Shown: piece after piece, positions 1-9,766 of the stretch
How positions within the stretch are numbered: the stretch's first letter is position 1
Layout: each line of letters begins with the position of its first letter
NCBI GenBank assembly: GCA_043755175.1
Contig: JAYUUB010000002.1
Location: forward strand, 12,067 to 76,066
DNA: 64,000 nucleotides
From: Polyangiaceae bacterium
GTDB taxonomy: Bacteria; Myxococcota_A; Polyangia; Polyangiales; Polyangiaceae
Direction: 5' to 3'
The notes under the pieces: model-generated
The model's database searches: none
Told to the model about the DNA's origin: nothing
Seen by the model: the letters and a program-made list of their open reading frames with translations, nothing else
Program-made: the position numbers and the translations under genes

Positions 1-508
1 TGAGGGTCACGGTGGCGATGGTGCGTCCGTGAAAGGAGTGCTCAAAGGCTATCAGGCGAAACTTCTCGGCCTTCCCTTGCGCTGAGTAATACCTCCGGGA
101 GAGCTTGAACATCGCCTCGTTTGCTTCTGCACCAGAATTGCAAAAGAAGGCGCGATCGTATCGTGCGCGACGGCACAGCTCGTCGGCGAGAAGAACGTTC
201 TCCTCGTTGTAGAAGTAGTTCGAGACGTGCATCACGCGAGCAGCCTGCTCGCCGATGGCGCGCACGAGACGCGGGTGGGCGTGGCCCAGCACGTTCACGG
301 CGACCCCCGCGGCGAAGTCCAAGTAGCTTCGACCCTCTTTGTCGACGAGGGTCGAGCCGTGCCCGTCGACGAAGAAGACGGGTGCAGGCCGGTAATTGCC
401 TAGCAAACGCTTCTGAGCGATCGCCAGGAGCTCGTCGCTCGACGGCGAATCGTCGGCTCGATGGGGCTCCGTGGAGAGAGAGGCGAGGGAGGGGTTCTCG
501 GGGCTCAT
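1..508 (-). CDS. argD: acetylornithine aminotransferase-like class III PLP aminotransferase, N-terminal part (3' end lies beyond the window)
   Basis: Absent from the ORF track because there is no stop in the window. My reverse-strand translation from ATG 508-506 reads MSPENPS...LLGNYRPAPVFFVDGHGSTLVDKEGRSYLDFAAGVAVNVLGHAHPRLVRAIGEQA...FFCNSGAEANEAMFKLSRRY...FEHSFHGRTIATV, which is typical of ArgD-type aminotransferases. Confidence 0.75.
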   Translation of the reverse strand, partial: MSPENPSLASLSTEPHRADDSPSSDELLAIAQKRLLGNYRPAPVFFVDGHGSTLVDKEGRSYLDFAAGVAVNVLGHAHPRLVRAIGEQAARVMHVSNYFYNEENVLLADELCRRARYDRAFFCNSGAEANEAMFKLSRRYYSAQGKAEKFRLIAFEHSFHGRTIATVTL

Positions 509-589
509 GGCTCGACACGACTACTAAGCCCGCGCCCGGGGAGCAAATCGGAGCGCAAAGTCGCCGAGACCCACCTCGGACCACGAGCA

Positions 590-617
590 TTGAATCGCTT
601 GCCCCAACGGCTATAGT
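590..617 (+). promoter_or_regulatory. candidate sigma70-type promoter of grpE (TTGAAT-N16-TATAGT)
   Basis: TTGAAT at 590-595, a 16-nt spacer, then TATAGT at 612-617. The grpE ATG at 626 lies only 8 nt past the -10 element, so the mRNA would have almost no leader. This is a hexamer match only. Confidence 0.25.
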
Positions 618-625
618 CCCGAGCC

Positions 626-1408
626 ATGACGGAGTCCGAGACCAACGATTCATCGACGAGCAGCGCAGCGAGCGAGAGCAAGACTGCGTCGACGCCGGCC
701 CCTCCCGGCGAAGCTTCCGCACCCAAGAGCGAAGCTTCACCGCCCAAGAGCGCTCCGAAGCCGCCCGTCGAATCCCTCGAGGTCATCGAGTTCGCCGAGC
801 CCGAGGTCGCTCCCGACCCGCTCGACGCGGCGAAGGCCGAAGCTGCGAAGTACCGTGAGCAGCTCCTGCGCACGGCGGCCGACTTCGAGAATTTCCGCAA
901 GCGTGCGCGCCGCGAGCAAGAAGATGCGACCCGAAGAGGCACCGAAAAGGCTCTGAAAGAGCTGCTTCCGGTCTTCGACAACCTCGAGCGCGCTACCACG
1001 AGCGCGGTCTCTGCACCCGACGTGACGTCGGTCGCCGACGGTCTCAAGATGATCGGCAGGCAATTCACCAGCACCCTCGACAAGCTGGGAATCAAGCGCA
1101 TCCCGACGGTCGGCCAGCCGTTCGACCCTGCGCTCCACGAAGCGATTCAGCACGTCGATTCGGCCGAGCACGCGCCAGGAGTCATCGCGATGGAGGTCCA
1201 AGCGGGCTACATGCTCGGCGACTACCTCATGCGTGCCGCGCTCGTCGCCGTTTCGAAGGGACCAGCCGAGGCACCTTCAGCTTCCGCCGAGGCAGCACCT
1301 TTTGGAGAAGCTGGCCACGCCGGGTCGGCCACCGAAACCGATGATCAGGAGACGCCGCCCGATGGTGTCCCGCCGGCGGTCGCAAAGGGCGAACCGCCCT
1401 CAGCCTAA
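626..1408 (+). CDS. grpE: nucleotide exchange factor GrpE
   Basis: 260-aa ORF with [24 protein letters not shown]...[11 protein letters not shown]...[12 protein letters not shown], the GrpE signature. It has a low-complexity acidic/Ser-rich N-terminus and sits directly upstream of dnaK. Confidence 0.95.
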   Translation: MTESETNDSSTSSAASESKTASTPAPPGEASAPKSEASPPKSAPKPPVESLEVIEFAEPEVAPDPLDAAKAEAAKYREQLLRTAADFENFRKRARREQEDATRRGTEKALKELLPVFDNLERATTSAVSAPDVTSVADGLKMIGRQFTSTLDKLGIKRIPTVGQPFDPALHEAIQHVDSAEHAPGVIAMEVQAGYMLGDYLMRAALVAVSKGPAEAPSASAEAAPFGEAGHAGSATETDDQETPPDGVPPAVAKGEPPSA

Positions 1409-1495
1409 GCTAATTTCCGACGAAATCGCTCGCCTTCGAAACGAGCTGGCCGTCGACCACCCCGCCGCGCTTTTCGTACGCGCGCGGACTCCGGG

Positions 1496-1537
1496 CTCGA
1501 GGGCAGGGTCTCGAGGGCAGGGTCTCGAGGGCAGGGT
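1496..1537. repeat. perfect 14-bp direct tandem repeat x3 (CTCGAGGGCAGGGT) in the grpE-dnaK spacer
   Basis: Three exact units at 1496-1509, 1510-1523 and 1524-1537, read directly from the sequence. The repeat is non-coding, about 100 nt upstream of the dnaK ATG. Confidence 0.9.
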
Positions 1538-1635
1538 CGCGTCGTCTCGACGCATCCCCTCGGAGCAACTCACCACGGTCGATGGTGCCGTGATGGTTTT
1601 GCGAACCTTCAACCATCCTGTATCCTGCGCGACAC

Positions 1636-3471
1636 ATGGGCAAAGTCATCGGCATCGATCTGGGAACCACCAACTCGTGCGTTGCGGTCGTCGAAGGCCT
1701 CACAGCCACGACGGTGCACGACGTGAAGGTCGTCCCGAACGCCGAAGGTGCGCGTACGACGCCGTCGGTCGTCGGCTTTCCCGCAACGGGTGAGCGTCTC
1801 GTCGGTCAGGTGGCGCGTCGTCAATCGGTCACCAATCCCGAGCACACCGTCTTCGCGATCAAGCGACTGATGGGTCGCAAGTTCGGAGCGAACGAAGTGC
1901 GAAAGCAAATCCAGCTCGCGCCCTACCGAATCGTCGAGGCTCCGAATGGCGATGCTTGGGTCGACATCCGGGGCCGAGCGATGTCGCCGCCCGAAATCAG
2001 CGCCGTCGTTCTCCAGCAAATGAAGGAGATCGCCGAAACTTACCTCGGCGAGCCCGTCACCGAAGCCGTGATCACGGTTCCCGCTTACTTCGACGATGCT
2101 CAGCGACAATCGACGAAAGACGCAGGTCGGATCGCCGGCCTCGACGTTCGCCGAATCATCAACGAGCCGACCGCAGCCGCGCTCGCCTACGGCCTCGACA
2201 AACGCGATGCCGAGGTGATCGCGGTCTACGATCTCGGTGGCGGCACGTTCGACATCTCGGTCCTGCAAATCGCCGGCGGCGTCTTCAGCGTGAAAGCGAC
2301 CGGCGGCGACACCCACCTCGGCGGCGAAGATTTCGATCAGCGCATCATCGACATGCTCGCCGACGAGTTCGCGATGGAGCACGGGCTCGACCTCCGCAAA
2401 GACCGCATGGCTCTTCAGCGCCTCAAAGAAGCGGCAGAGAAGGCGAAGCACGAGCTCTCGAGCTCGCTCGAAACAGCCGTGAACATTCCGTTCATCGCGG
2501 TCTCGCCGACCGGCGGTCCGCTCCATCTCGAGCGCAACATGAAGCGCAACGAGCTCGAGATGCTCTGCGGCGAGCTGGTCGATCGAACGATCACGGCCTG
2601 CAAAGCCGTCCTCGACGACGCCAAGATGGGCGTCGAGAACGTGAACACGGTCGTTCTCGTAGGAGGCATGACCCGCATGCCCGCCGTTCAGGCAGCGGTG
2701 AAAGCGTTCTTTGGTCGCGACCCGAGCAAAGAAGTGAACCCCGACGAGGTCGTCGCGGTGGGGGCTGCGCTCCAAGGTGCTGCGCTCACCGGGCAAGTCG
2801 ACGAGGTTCTCCTCCTCGACGTCACGCCGCTCTCGATCGGCGTCGAAACCGGCGGCGGCGTCGCGACCAAGCTCATCCTCCGCAATACGACGGTGCCGAC
2901 GGAGCGAAGCGAGATCTTCACGACCAGCGTCGACAACCAAAACTTCGTGCCGATTCACGTCATCCAAGGCGAACGCGAAATGGCCGCCGATTGTCGCTCG
3001 CTCGCGCGCTTCGAGCTGACCGGAATTCCGCCGGCACCTCGCGGCGTCCCGAAGATCCAGGTGACCTTCCGCATCGACGAGAACGGTATCGTTCGCGTCG
3101 AGGCGAAAGACCTCGGCACGCAGCGCGCCACCGAAATCAAGGTCACGCCGACGAGCGGTCTCTCGCAAGAAGAGGTCGACCGGTTCGTGCGAGAAGGCGA
3201 TCGCTTCAAGGAGACCGACCAGCTGCGACGCGATCTCGCGCAGCTCCGCAACCAAGCCGAGACCCTCGTCTACACGACCGAGCAGGCTCTCGAAGGTTAC
3301 GCAGACTTGCTCGATCCGCAGCTCTTGATCGAGGTGAAGAACGACGCAGTCCAGCTTCGACAGATGCTCGAGGGCGGCGGTGACCTGAACTCGCTGCGCG
3401 ACGCTTACACTCGTCTCGAGAGCGCGGCTTTCCGCATCGCCGAGTCGATGTACGGCTCGGCCGAAGGCTGA
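1636..3471 (+). CDS. dnaK: molecular chaperone DnaK (Hsp70)
   Basis: 611 aa starting [18 protein letters not shown], with [10 protein letters not shown] and [10 protein letters not shown], giving full-length Hsp70 colinearity. Confidence 0.98.
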   Translation: MGKVIGIDLGTTNSCVAVVEGLTATTVHDVKVVPNAEGARTTPSVVGFPATGERLVGQVARRQSVTNPEHTVFAIKRLMGRKFGANEVRKQIQLAPYRIVEAPNGDAWVDIRGRAMSPPEISAVVLQQMKEIAETYLGEPVTEAVITVPAYFDDAQRQSTKDAGRIAGLDVRRIINEPTAAALAYGLDKRDAEVIAVYDLGGGTFDISVLQIAGGVFSVKATGGDTHLGGEDFDQRIIDMLADEFAMEHGLDLRKDRMALQRLKEAAEKAKHELSSSLETAVNIPFIAVSPTGGPLHLERNMKRNELEMLCGELVDRTITACKAVLDDAKMGVENVNTVVLVGGMTRMPAVQAAVKAFFGRDPSKEVNPDEVVAVGAALQGAALTGQVDEVLLLDVTPLSIGVETGGGVATKLILRNTTVPTERSEIFTTSVDNQNFVPIHVIQGEREMAADCRSLARFELTGIPPAPRGVPKIQVTFRIDENGIVRVEAKDLGTQRATEIKVTPTSGLSQEEVDRFVREGDRFKETDQLRRDLAQLRNQAETLVYTTEQALEGYADLLDPQLLIEVKNDAVQLRQMLEGGGDLNSLRDAYTRLESAAFRIAESMYGSAEG

Positions 3472-3561
3472 AAGAACGCCACACGTCGGCTGGCCTCGGT
3501 GGCGATCGAGCGCCTCCCGGGGGGCGTCGTCTCTCGTGGGGGCTCGGATGGCGGAGGAGCA

Positions 3562-6500
3562 ATGTTGACCGAGTTTGGGCGCTACCTGTTGACCGAGCGA
3601 CTCGGGACGGGCTCCCTCACCGAGGCGTATCGAGCCAAGAGCTTCGGTGTCGAAGGCTTCGAAAAAGCCATCGTCGTCAAGCGTGTGCTCCCGAATCTCG
3701 CCGACTTGCCAGGCTTTCTCGAGGCGTTCGTCGAGCAGGCCAAAGCATCGCTCGCGCTCTCGCACGCGAACGTCGCGCAGGTGATCGACCTCGGCCGAAT
3801 CACGACCGAGCTCTCGGGCGAACGCGTCGCGCGCGACCACACCTTCATCGCGACCGAGCTCGTCGAAGGCACCGACATCGGCACGCTCCTGAGGCACGCG
3901 CGCGACAAGCAGGTCGAGGTGCCGATCGGCCTCGCGCTGTTCGTCGCGGCCGAGGTGGCGAAGGCGCTCGATCATGCACACAAGCGGCGAAGCGGGGGGG
4001 TCCTCCACGGCCCACTCACGCCGCAAAGTGTTTTGGTCTCTTGGGAGGGTGAGGTGAAGGTCAGCGACTTCGCGATTCACCGCGCGCTCGGCGCTGTTCG
4101 CTTCGAGCCCGACGAGGCGCGCTCGCTGCCGTACTTCTCTCCCGAAGCACTTCGTCACGAAGCACCTCGCCCGCAGAGCGACGTGTTCTCGCTCGGCGCG
4201 CTCCTCTTCGAGCTTCTGACCCGAGAGGTCGCCTTCGGCGGATCGGATGCCGAAAAGACGCGCGCACGAATCGCTGCTGCGACTCCGAGGAGCGTCTCAT
4301 CACTCCGCCCCGAGGCCTCGGGCGACATCGACGAGCTCGTTTCGAAGATGACGGCGGCCGAGGTCTCTCGACGATTTGGAGATGCAGCTCGATTGCATGA
4401 AGAGATCGTCGCGCTCGGCTACGAGCTCGGAGTGAGCTCGAGCCACGTCGAGATGGCCGCCTTCGTTTCGCGCCTCTGTCGTCGCGGCGAAGCGCCGACC
4501 CGGCTTTCGGAGGATCTCCCCGCGTCGTTCGTCGAAGCGACGCCGACCCCTTCGGCGGTCACGCGCGCAGAGAAACGCGAGGCCACGCTGCTCGTTGCCA
4601 CGGGGCTCGACACGACCGACGGTCGAAGCGAGCTTCTGCTGCACATCGAGCGAGCAGGAGGCGTCGTGCTCTCACGAGACGGTACCGAGGTTCGCGCCGT
4701 CTTCGGTCTTCGAGACGCCGATGGTCGCGACACCGAGGCCGCCGTCGGTGCGGCGCTCGACCTCCTTCGTGATGCGCCGGAGACGGGGATCGGCATCGAC
4801 CTCGCACGCGTGATGGTCGACGAGCAGGGCGTGGTCGTCGGCGACGTCGAGCTCGCCGCGTCGTTCGCGCTCGCAGCGCGTCTCGCGTCGAGTCAGAAGG
4901 GGTGCGTTCGCGTCTCGCGAGCCGCCGGCCGAGCCGTCGAGCGCGAGATCGAGCTCGAGGCCGAGTCGGGAGACGACGAGTCGCTGCGAGCGACGGCTCG
5001 ACGCGCTCGGTCGCTGCCCTCCTCGCGATTCGTCGGGAGGCGAGCGCAAGTCGAAGACTTGGGCAAGGCATTCGGAAGAGCCGTTCGAGGCGAGCTCACG
5101 ACCGCGTTCGTGGTGGGAGAGCGCGGGGTCGGGAAGACGAGGCTCCTCGCGGAGCTCGAGCGTCGACTCGCCAAGCTTCCGGCTGGCGCGCATTTCTTCC
5201 GAGCTGCGTGCCCTCGCGATTGGACCGGGTCTCCCACGCCGTTCGCAGCCGTCGCAGAGCTCACGCGGGCGCTGATTGGAACGGCCTCGATCGACGGCGC
5301 GGTGGGTGTGAGCGAAGTCGAGCCGAGAGGCGCGAAAGACGAAGGCGGAGAAATCGTCCGACGGCTTCGGTCTCTCGGGCTCGACGAGAACGACACGAGC
5401 GAGCTCGTCGCGCTCGCGTCAGCCACCAAGCGACTCGCCTCGGAAAAGAGCCCCGCGCGCGCGCTCGGTCGCGTCCTCGAGCGCCTCGCTCGCGATGGTA
5501 CGGTCGTGGTGGCGCTCGACGACGTCCAGTTCCTCGATTCAGCCAGCGCACGCGTGCTCGAGACCGTCTTCTCAGAAGCCGAGCCTCGGCGTGTGCTCCT
5601 CATCCTCGCGGGTCGCTCGCTCCCTCGGGGGGTCTTCAGTCGTACCGAGCCCACCCTGCTCGGACCTCTCGACGAGGCCGACGTTGCCGTGCTCACGGCC
5701 GGGCTCCTCGGCGCGCGCGTCCTGCCGCCAGAGCTCGTCGGCTATCTCAACGAACGCGCCGAAGGCAGCCCGCTGCTCGTCGAGCTCATCGTCAAAGAGC
5801 TCTCCGACGCGGCGCTCGTGACGGTGAGGCAGGGGATTGCGCAGGTCGATCTCGCGCACGCCTCCGTGCCGCGAACCCTTCGAGCGATCATCGAAGGACG
5901 CCTCGCCCGACTCGAGAGCTCGAGCGGTCCGAGCGACCCCGGACCGCGCGAAGTCCTCCGCGCGATGGCAGTCCTCGGCAGCGGCGCGACGAACGAAGAG
6001 ATCTCGGCGTTCGTCGACGTGTCGTTCGACCGCGTGAACGCCGTGCTCGCAGAGCCCGGCGTCAAGGCGCTGCTCAGTGTCGGACGGCTCTCCGGGACTC
6101 TCGCCGAGGTCGTGCTCGAGACCATTCCAGCAGAGGAGCGAGCGCGCTCGCACGCGAGAGCTGCCGAGCTCGTGGGTGCGGCCGGCGAGCCCACCGGCGA
6201 GCGTCTCGATCGCGTCGGTGCTCATCTCGCCGCGAGCGGCGACGCTTCGGGTGCAGCCTTCCAGTTCGCGCGCGCTGCAGCGCTCCACGCGAACCCGCTC
6301 GGAGTCGGCGTGGGACACCGCGTAGCGCGACCCGACCTCGCCGCACGCTCGGCCGCGCGTGCTCTCTCCACCGCCGACCTCGACGAGCTCGAGGCCTCGG
6401 ACCTTCGTGCATGGCTTTCGATCCTCGCTGAATCGGTGGTTCGTTCTCGAGCACGCGTGGGCTTCGTCGACATCGCCGCCAACGTCATCGAGCGAATCGA

Positions 6501-7383
6501 CGCCGTCGGTGATCCGAGCGCACGGGTTCTCGCTCGCCTCGATGTCGCACGCATCGCCGCTGCCGAGAGCTCGTTCGCGCAAGCCGAGGTCGTTCTCGCG
6601 CAGGCGCGTGACCTCTGCCACGACTCCGACCTTCTCGCACGCGCCCTCTCCGCAGAGGTCGAGCTCGCGGAGCGCACCGGCGAAATCACTCGAGGCCGTG
6701 ACGCTGCGCGGGCGCTCTCCGCCCTCGGGCCCGTTGGCGACGCGCGCGTTCTCCTCGACGCGGCGACGCTCTTCGCCGAGGCGCTCGATCTCGCCGAGGC
6801 GACGCGCGCGATCGATCTCGCCTACGAAATAGGGCTCGTCGACACCGCCGCGCTTCGCGCCAGCGTCGAAGCCCGTCGAGCACGCGTGCTCCTGATCGCC
6901 GGCGAGGCGACGTCGGCTCAACGTACGAGCCTGCTCGCCGCCGACCTCGCCGAGGCGCACGAGCTCTTCTTCGACGTCGCGAGCGCGAAGCTCACCTTGG
7001 CCGATGCCTACCTCGCCCTCGACCGTCCCGAGCGGGCGTGTGCAGCGTTCGTCGAGGCGCTCGAGGCTGCCGAAGGGGCCGGGCATGAGCGCCTCGTCGT
7101 TCTCGCTCGCGCCGGCTTGGCCTTCGTCGAGGGGCTGCGCGCCCATCTCGCCAAGTCTCAAGCGGCTCCTCTTCTCCTCTCGCGGATCGTGCAAGAAACC
7201 GAGGCTCGCGGCTTCATCGGCGACGCTTTGTACGTGCGCCTGCTTCTCGGCCGGCTCGAGCTGGCACGCGGCGACCTCGTCGCGGCGCGAAACGAGCTCG
7301 AGCGGGCCGAGAAGCAGGCGCTCTTCGTCGGTCATCGCGCGTTGGCTCGCGACTGCGCGAAAGAGCTCTTGCGCTGTGGTTGA
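3562..7383 (+). CDS. large signalling protein: N-terminal Ser/Thr-kinase-like (predicted pseudokinase) domain, P-loop STAND/AAA NTPase and a TPR-like C-terminal region
   Basis: The ORF runs 3499-7383. I prefer ATG 3562, which is preceded by GGAGGAG at 3553-3559. The kinase fold is recognisable (LGTGSLTEAY..AIVVKRV...SDFAI...FSPEAL), but the catalytic loop reads HGPLTPQS (about 4006-4029) instead of HRDLKPxN. Walker A is GERGVGKT and Walker B-like is VVVALDDVQFLD. The C-terminal half is long, Ala/Leu/Arg-rich and helical. Confidence 0.8.
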   Translation: MLTEFGRYLLTERLGTGSLTEAYRAKSFGVEGFEKAIVVKRVLPNLADLPGFLEAFVEQAKASLALSHANVAQVIDLGRITTELSGERVARDHTFIATELVEGTDIGTLLRHARDKQVEVPIGLALFVAAEVAKALDHAHKRRSGGVLHGPLTPQSVLVSWEGEVKVSDFAIHRALGAVRFEPDEARSLPYFSPEALRHEAPRPQSDVFSLGALLFELLTREVAFGGSDAEKTRARIAAATPRSVSSLRPEASGDIDELVSKMTAAEVSRRFGDAARLHEEIVALGYELGVSSSHVEMAAFVSRLCRRGEAPTRLSEDLPASFVEATPTPSAVTRAEKREATLLVATGLDTTDGRSELLLHIERAGGVVLSRDGTEVRAVFGLRDADGRDTEAAVGAALDLLRDAPETGIGIDLARVMVDEQGVVVGDVELAASFALAARLASSQKGCVRVSRAAGRAVEREIELEAESGDDESLRATARRARSLPSSRFVGRRAQVEDLGKAFGRAVRGELTTAFVVGERGVGKTRLLAELERRLAKLPAGAHFFRAACPRDWTGSPTPFAAVAELTRALIGTASIDGAVGVSEVEPRGAKDEGGEIVRRLRSLGLDENDTSELVALASATKRLASEKSPARALGRVLERLARDGTVVVALDDVQFLDSASARVLETVFSEAEPRRVLLILAGRSLPRGVFSRTEPTLLGPLDEADVAVLTAGLLGARVLPPELVGYLNERAEGSPLLVELIVKELSDAALVTVRQGIAQVDLAHASVPRTLRAIIEGRLARLESSSGPSDPGPREVLRAMAVLGSGATNEEISAFVDVSFDRVNAVLAEPGVKALLSVGRLSGTLAEVVLETIPAEERARSHARAAELVGAAGEPTGERLDRVGAHLAASGDASGAAFQFARAAALHANPLGVGVGHRVARPDLAARSAARALSTADLDELEASDLRAWLSILAESVVRSRARVGFVDIAANVIERIDAVGDPSARVLARLDVARIAAAESSFAQAEVVLAQARDLCHDSDLLARALSAEVELAERTGEITRGRDAARALSALGPVGDARVLLDAATLFAEALDLAEATRAIDLAYEIGLVDTAALRASVEARRARVLLIAGEATSAQRTSLLAADLAEAHELFFDVASAKLTLADAYLALDRPERACAAFVEALEAAEGAGHERLVVLARAGLAFVEGLRAHLAKSQAAPLLLSRIVQETEARGFIGDALYVRLLLGRLELARGDLVAARNELERAEKQALFVGHRALARDCAKELLRCG

Positions 7384-7386
7384 CCT

Positions 7387-7785
7387 GTGAGCTTGGCGAC
7401 GATGTCACTCGACGGACCCCCTGTTAACATGGCGATCGTGGATCCGACGCTCGAAGCGCTCTGGTTGTCGGTCGTCGAAGAATGGGGGGACGACGAACGG
7501 CATGGCAAGCTGCTCGCTTACGCCCAGCAGACGCGGCAGCTCGGCGACGTCGCGGGCCTCTACCGTCGGGTCAACGAAGACGGCTCGCCGTACCGCGTAT
7601 CTGCCGACCACTTGATCGACGCCAAGAAGCGATTGGCCGGCGTCGCAATGCTCGCCGTCATGGATCTCGATTCGACGAAGTCAGATGCGACTGATGTCCG
7701 AGGTCAACACATCGTACGGATCATCGGCTTCGTCGTCGTGCTCGGGCTCTTCGCGGCGCTCGGTTGGTTGCTTCTTCAACGATGA
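7387..7785 (+). CDS. small hypothetical protein with a C-terminal transmembrane helix
   Basis: The ORF starts 4 nt after the upstream stop. Candidate starts are GTG 7387, ATG 7402 and ATG 7429. The C-terminus IVRIIGFVVVLGLFAALGWLLLQR is a clear TM segment. I recognise no family. Confidence 0.5.
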   Translation: MSLATMSLDGPPVNMAIVDPTLEALWLSVVEEWGDDERHGKLLAYAQQTRQLGDVAGLYRRVNEDGSPYRVSADHLIDAKKRLAGVAMLAVMDLDSTKSDATDVRGQHIVRIIGFVVVLGLFAALGWLLLQR

Positions 7786-7901
7786 GCGTGCGACGAGCGA
7801 GCCGCGTCGTTCGGTACTCTCCGATCGCCGAAAACGCCTTTCCGCGCGGGGGCCGCGCTCGCCTCACGAGCCCAGTTCTACGAGGGCAGCGGCGCGGTGA
7901 C

Positions 7902-8393
7902 TCAGTGGTTGTGGTGTTTCTCGCGAACGACGAACACGGGGCATCCGGCGTGGCGGACGACCTTTTCCGCCACCGAGCCGAGCAAGAGCCGTTTGATACC
8001 CGTGCGCCCATGGGTCGCGAGCACGATGACGTCTGCGTCGACTTTCTTAGCCAACCCGACGATTTCTTCGCTCGGATCCCCGCTCACGTTGTGAATCTCG
8101 AGTCGCGGTGCCGCGCCATGGGCGTGGTGCAAAACGAACTCTGACAGGTGTCGGTCGCAGAACGCGCGGACCCCCGAAGGATCGTACCCGGTGAGATCCG
8201 GCGCATCGACCGCGGTGGGCTCGACGTTGGCGAGGTTCGGCTCGGCCACATGAACGACGTGCACGACGCCGGCTTCGGTCGGTCGGTCTTCGCCGTCGGC
8301 GCCGAGCACCGGCGACGCAGCGAGCGTCATCGCGCGCGAGAAGACGAGAACACTACCCTTGAACAGATCGATGGCGGCGACGACGACGGGCAT
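7902..8393 (-). CDS. universal stress protein (UspA family)
   Basis: The C-terminal motif DVIVLATHGRTGIKRLLLGSVAEKVVRHAGCPVFVV is the USP ATP-binding signature. I chose start ATG 8393 (MPVVVAAIDL...). The track ORF extends to 8642 with an Arg-rich, implausible N-terminus. Confidence 0.85.
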   Translation of the reverse strand: MPVVVAAIDLFKGSVLVFSRAMTLAASPVLGADGEDRPTEAGVVHVVHVAEPNLANVEPTAVDAPDLTGYDPSGVRAFCDRHLSEFVLHHAHGAAPRLEIHNVSGDPSEEIVGLAKKVDADVIVLATHGRTGIKRLLLGSVAEKVVRHAGCPVFVVREKHHNH

Positions 8394-8959
8394 GGGACTT
8401 TCGCTCACTGTGCGGGCGGCGAGACGACCCGACGCTGCGACCATACCATGAGCAATGGACAATGCGGCGAGCCCTCGATTGGTTGTTTCGTCGGCTCGTG
8501 GGTCTCTATTTTCAGAACATCGAAGAGGTGGGAAAACGTCCCGCCGCGACCACGCGCTCGCGGCTCTTCGTCGCACGTGTCGCCGACCAGCCCCCTCGGC
8601 AAGTCGTCGCGCTCGCGAGGTCGACATGCACTCGACGCTCAAGCTCGGGACGGGTCTCCTCGTCTACCCCGTTCGGGCAGCCATCCTCGCGGCGACGCTC
8701 TTCGCGCTCGTTCGGCGGCACTGGCTTTTGCCAACCTCGGCCGTGGTGTTCGTCGTCCGTTCGCCGCGCGCGACTGGCTCGAGCATCGAAGCAAGCTCTC
8801 GCGAAGCTCGATCCCGCGACGCTTGACCGAGCTCTCTCGCGCGAGCGGAAAGGCGCTCGATCGGATTCGCGAGGCAGACGCCGTCCTCTCGGAACGCGCT
8901 CCAGCCGAGGCGCCGGGCTGACTCCAGCCTGCTGGATCGAGGGAGTCGCCGAGCCCCGT

Positions 8960-9766
8960 CTAAGACCGAACGGCGATGGCGCTCAGCATGCGCCCGCTCA
9001 TCTGACCTTCACGACGGTACGAAAAGAAGGTTTCGGTGTCGCACAGGGTGCAACCGCGGACGTGATCGATGCGCTCGCGACGGACACCGAGCGCGACGAG
9101 GTTGTCTTCGAGGATGGCGCGCAGATCGACGTGCGCTTTCTGCGTCTCGCCCGAAGCGTTTTTCCCCCGCCTGACGGCGCGCTCGCCCAGCCGGGAGCTC
9201 AGAGCCAGCTCGGCGGCGACGTCGTCGCCGACCTCGAAGCAACAGACTTCGATGTGAGGACCGATCGCCGCGACGATCTCGACGTCTTGCCCAGTGAGCT
9301 CACGCATCGCGACGATCGCCGATTCGACGACACCTCGCACGGTGCCTCGCCATCCGGCATGGACGGCGCTGACCGCTCCCGTCCGTAGGTCGCCGAGCAA
9401 GAGCGTCGCGCAGTCGGCGCTCCGGACGCCGCAGACGACCTGGGGTGCCTTCGACAGAGTTGCGTCGCCCTGATGCAAGATGACCTCGGTCCGGTCTTCG
9501 TCGCCCTCGAGCACATGGACGGCGGTGCCGTGGACCTGGCTCAAGAAGTAGATGCGCTCGGGCTCGGCTCGAAGCTCTGCGCCTGCGATCTCGAGGTTGC
9601 CGCGCACGTGGTCGAGCGAGTCGCCGGTGCTGGCGGCGAAGTTGAGGCTCGACCACGGCGCCGGGCTCACCCCGCCTTTCCGGGTGAAAAACGCATGGTG
9701 AAAGCCCTCACGGTCAAGTAAATCGCTCCGAAGGGCCACGCGGTCGTAGCTCGGTTGGGTCCCCAC
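8960..9766 (-). CDS. pgeF: peptidoglycan editing factor PgeF / YfiH (DUF152, laccase-domain) protein
   Basis: 268 aa with FFTRKGGVS, QVHGTAV, ADCATLLL and AVHAGWRGTV, and a C-terminal GCTLCDTETFFSYRREG, all characteristic of YfiH/PgeF. Confidence 0.9.
   Translation of the reverse strand: MGTQPSYDRVALRSDLLDREGFHHAFFTRKGGVSPAPWSSLNFAASTGDSLDHVRGNLEIAGAELRAEPERIYFLSQVHGTAVHVLEGDEDRTEVILHQGDATLSKAPQVVCGVRSADCATLLLGDLRTGAVSAVHAGWRGTVRGVVESAIVAMRELTGQDVEIVAAIGPHIEVCCFEVGDDVAAELALSSRLGERAVRRGKNASGETQKAHVDLRAILEDNLVALGVRRERIDHVRGCTLCDTETFFSYRREGQMSGRMLSAIAVRS

Noticed and set aside
509-1635. CIRCE/HrcA operator or a sigma54 promoter for grpE/dnaK
   Set aside because: No TTAGCACTC-N9-GAGTGCTAA-like inverted repeat is present. 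The TGGTGC...TTTGCG upstream of dnaK has the wrong GG-to-GC spacing for a -24/-12 promoter.
1609-4158. 849-aa ORF on the minus strand
   Set aside because: It lies antisense to dnaK and the start of the kinase-like gene. It has Arg/Asp/Val/Glu-rich shadow composition typical of high-G+C antisense frames, and dnaK on the opposite strand is unambiguous.
5572-7335. 587-aa ORF on the minus strand
   Set aside because: It is an antisense shadow of the STAND/TPR gene. It has no motifs and its composition is dominated by R/E/G/D.
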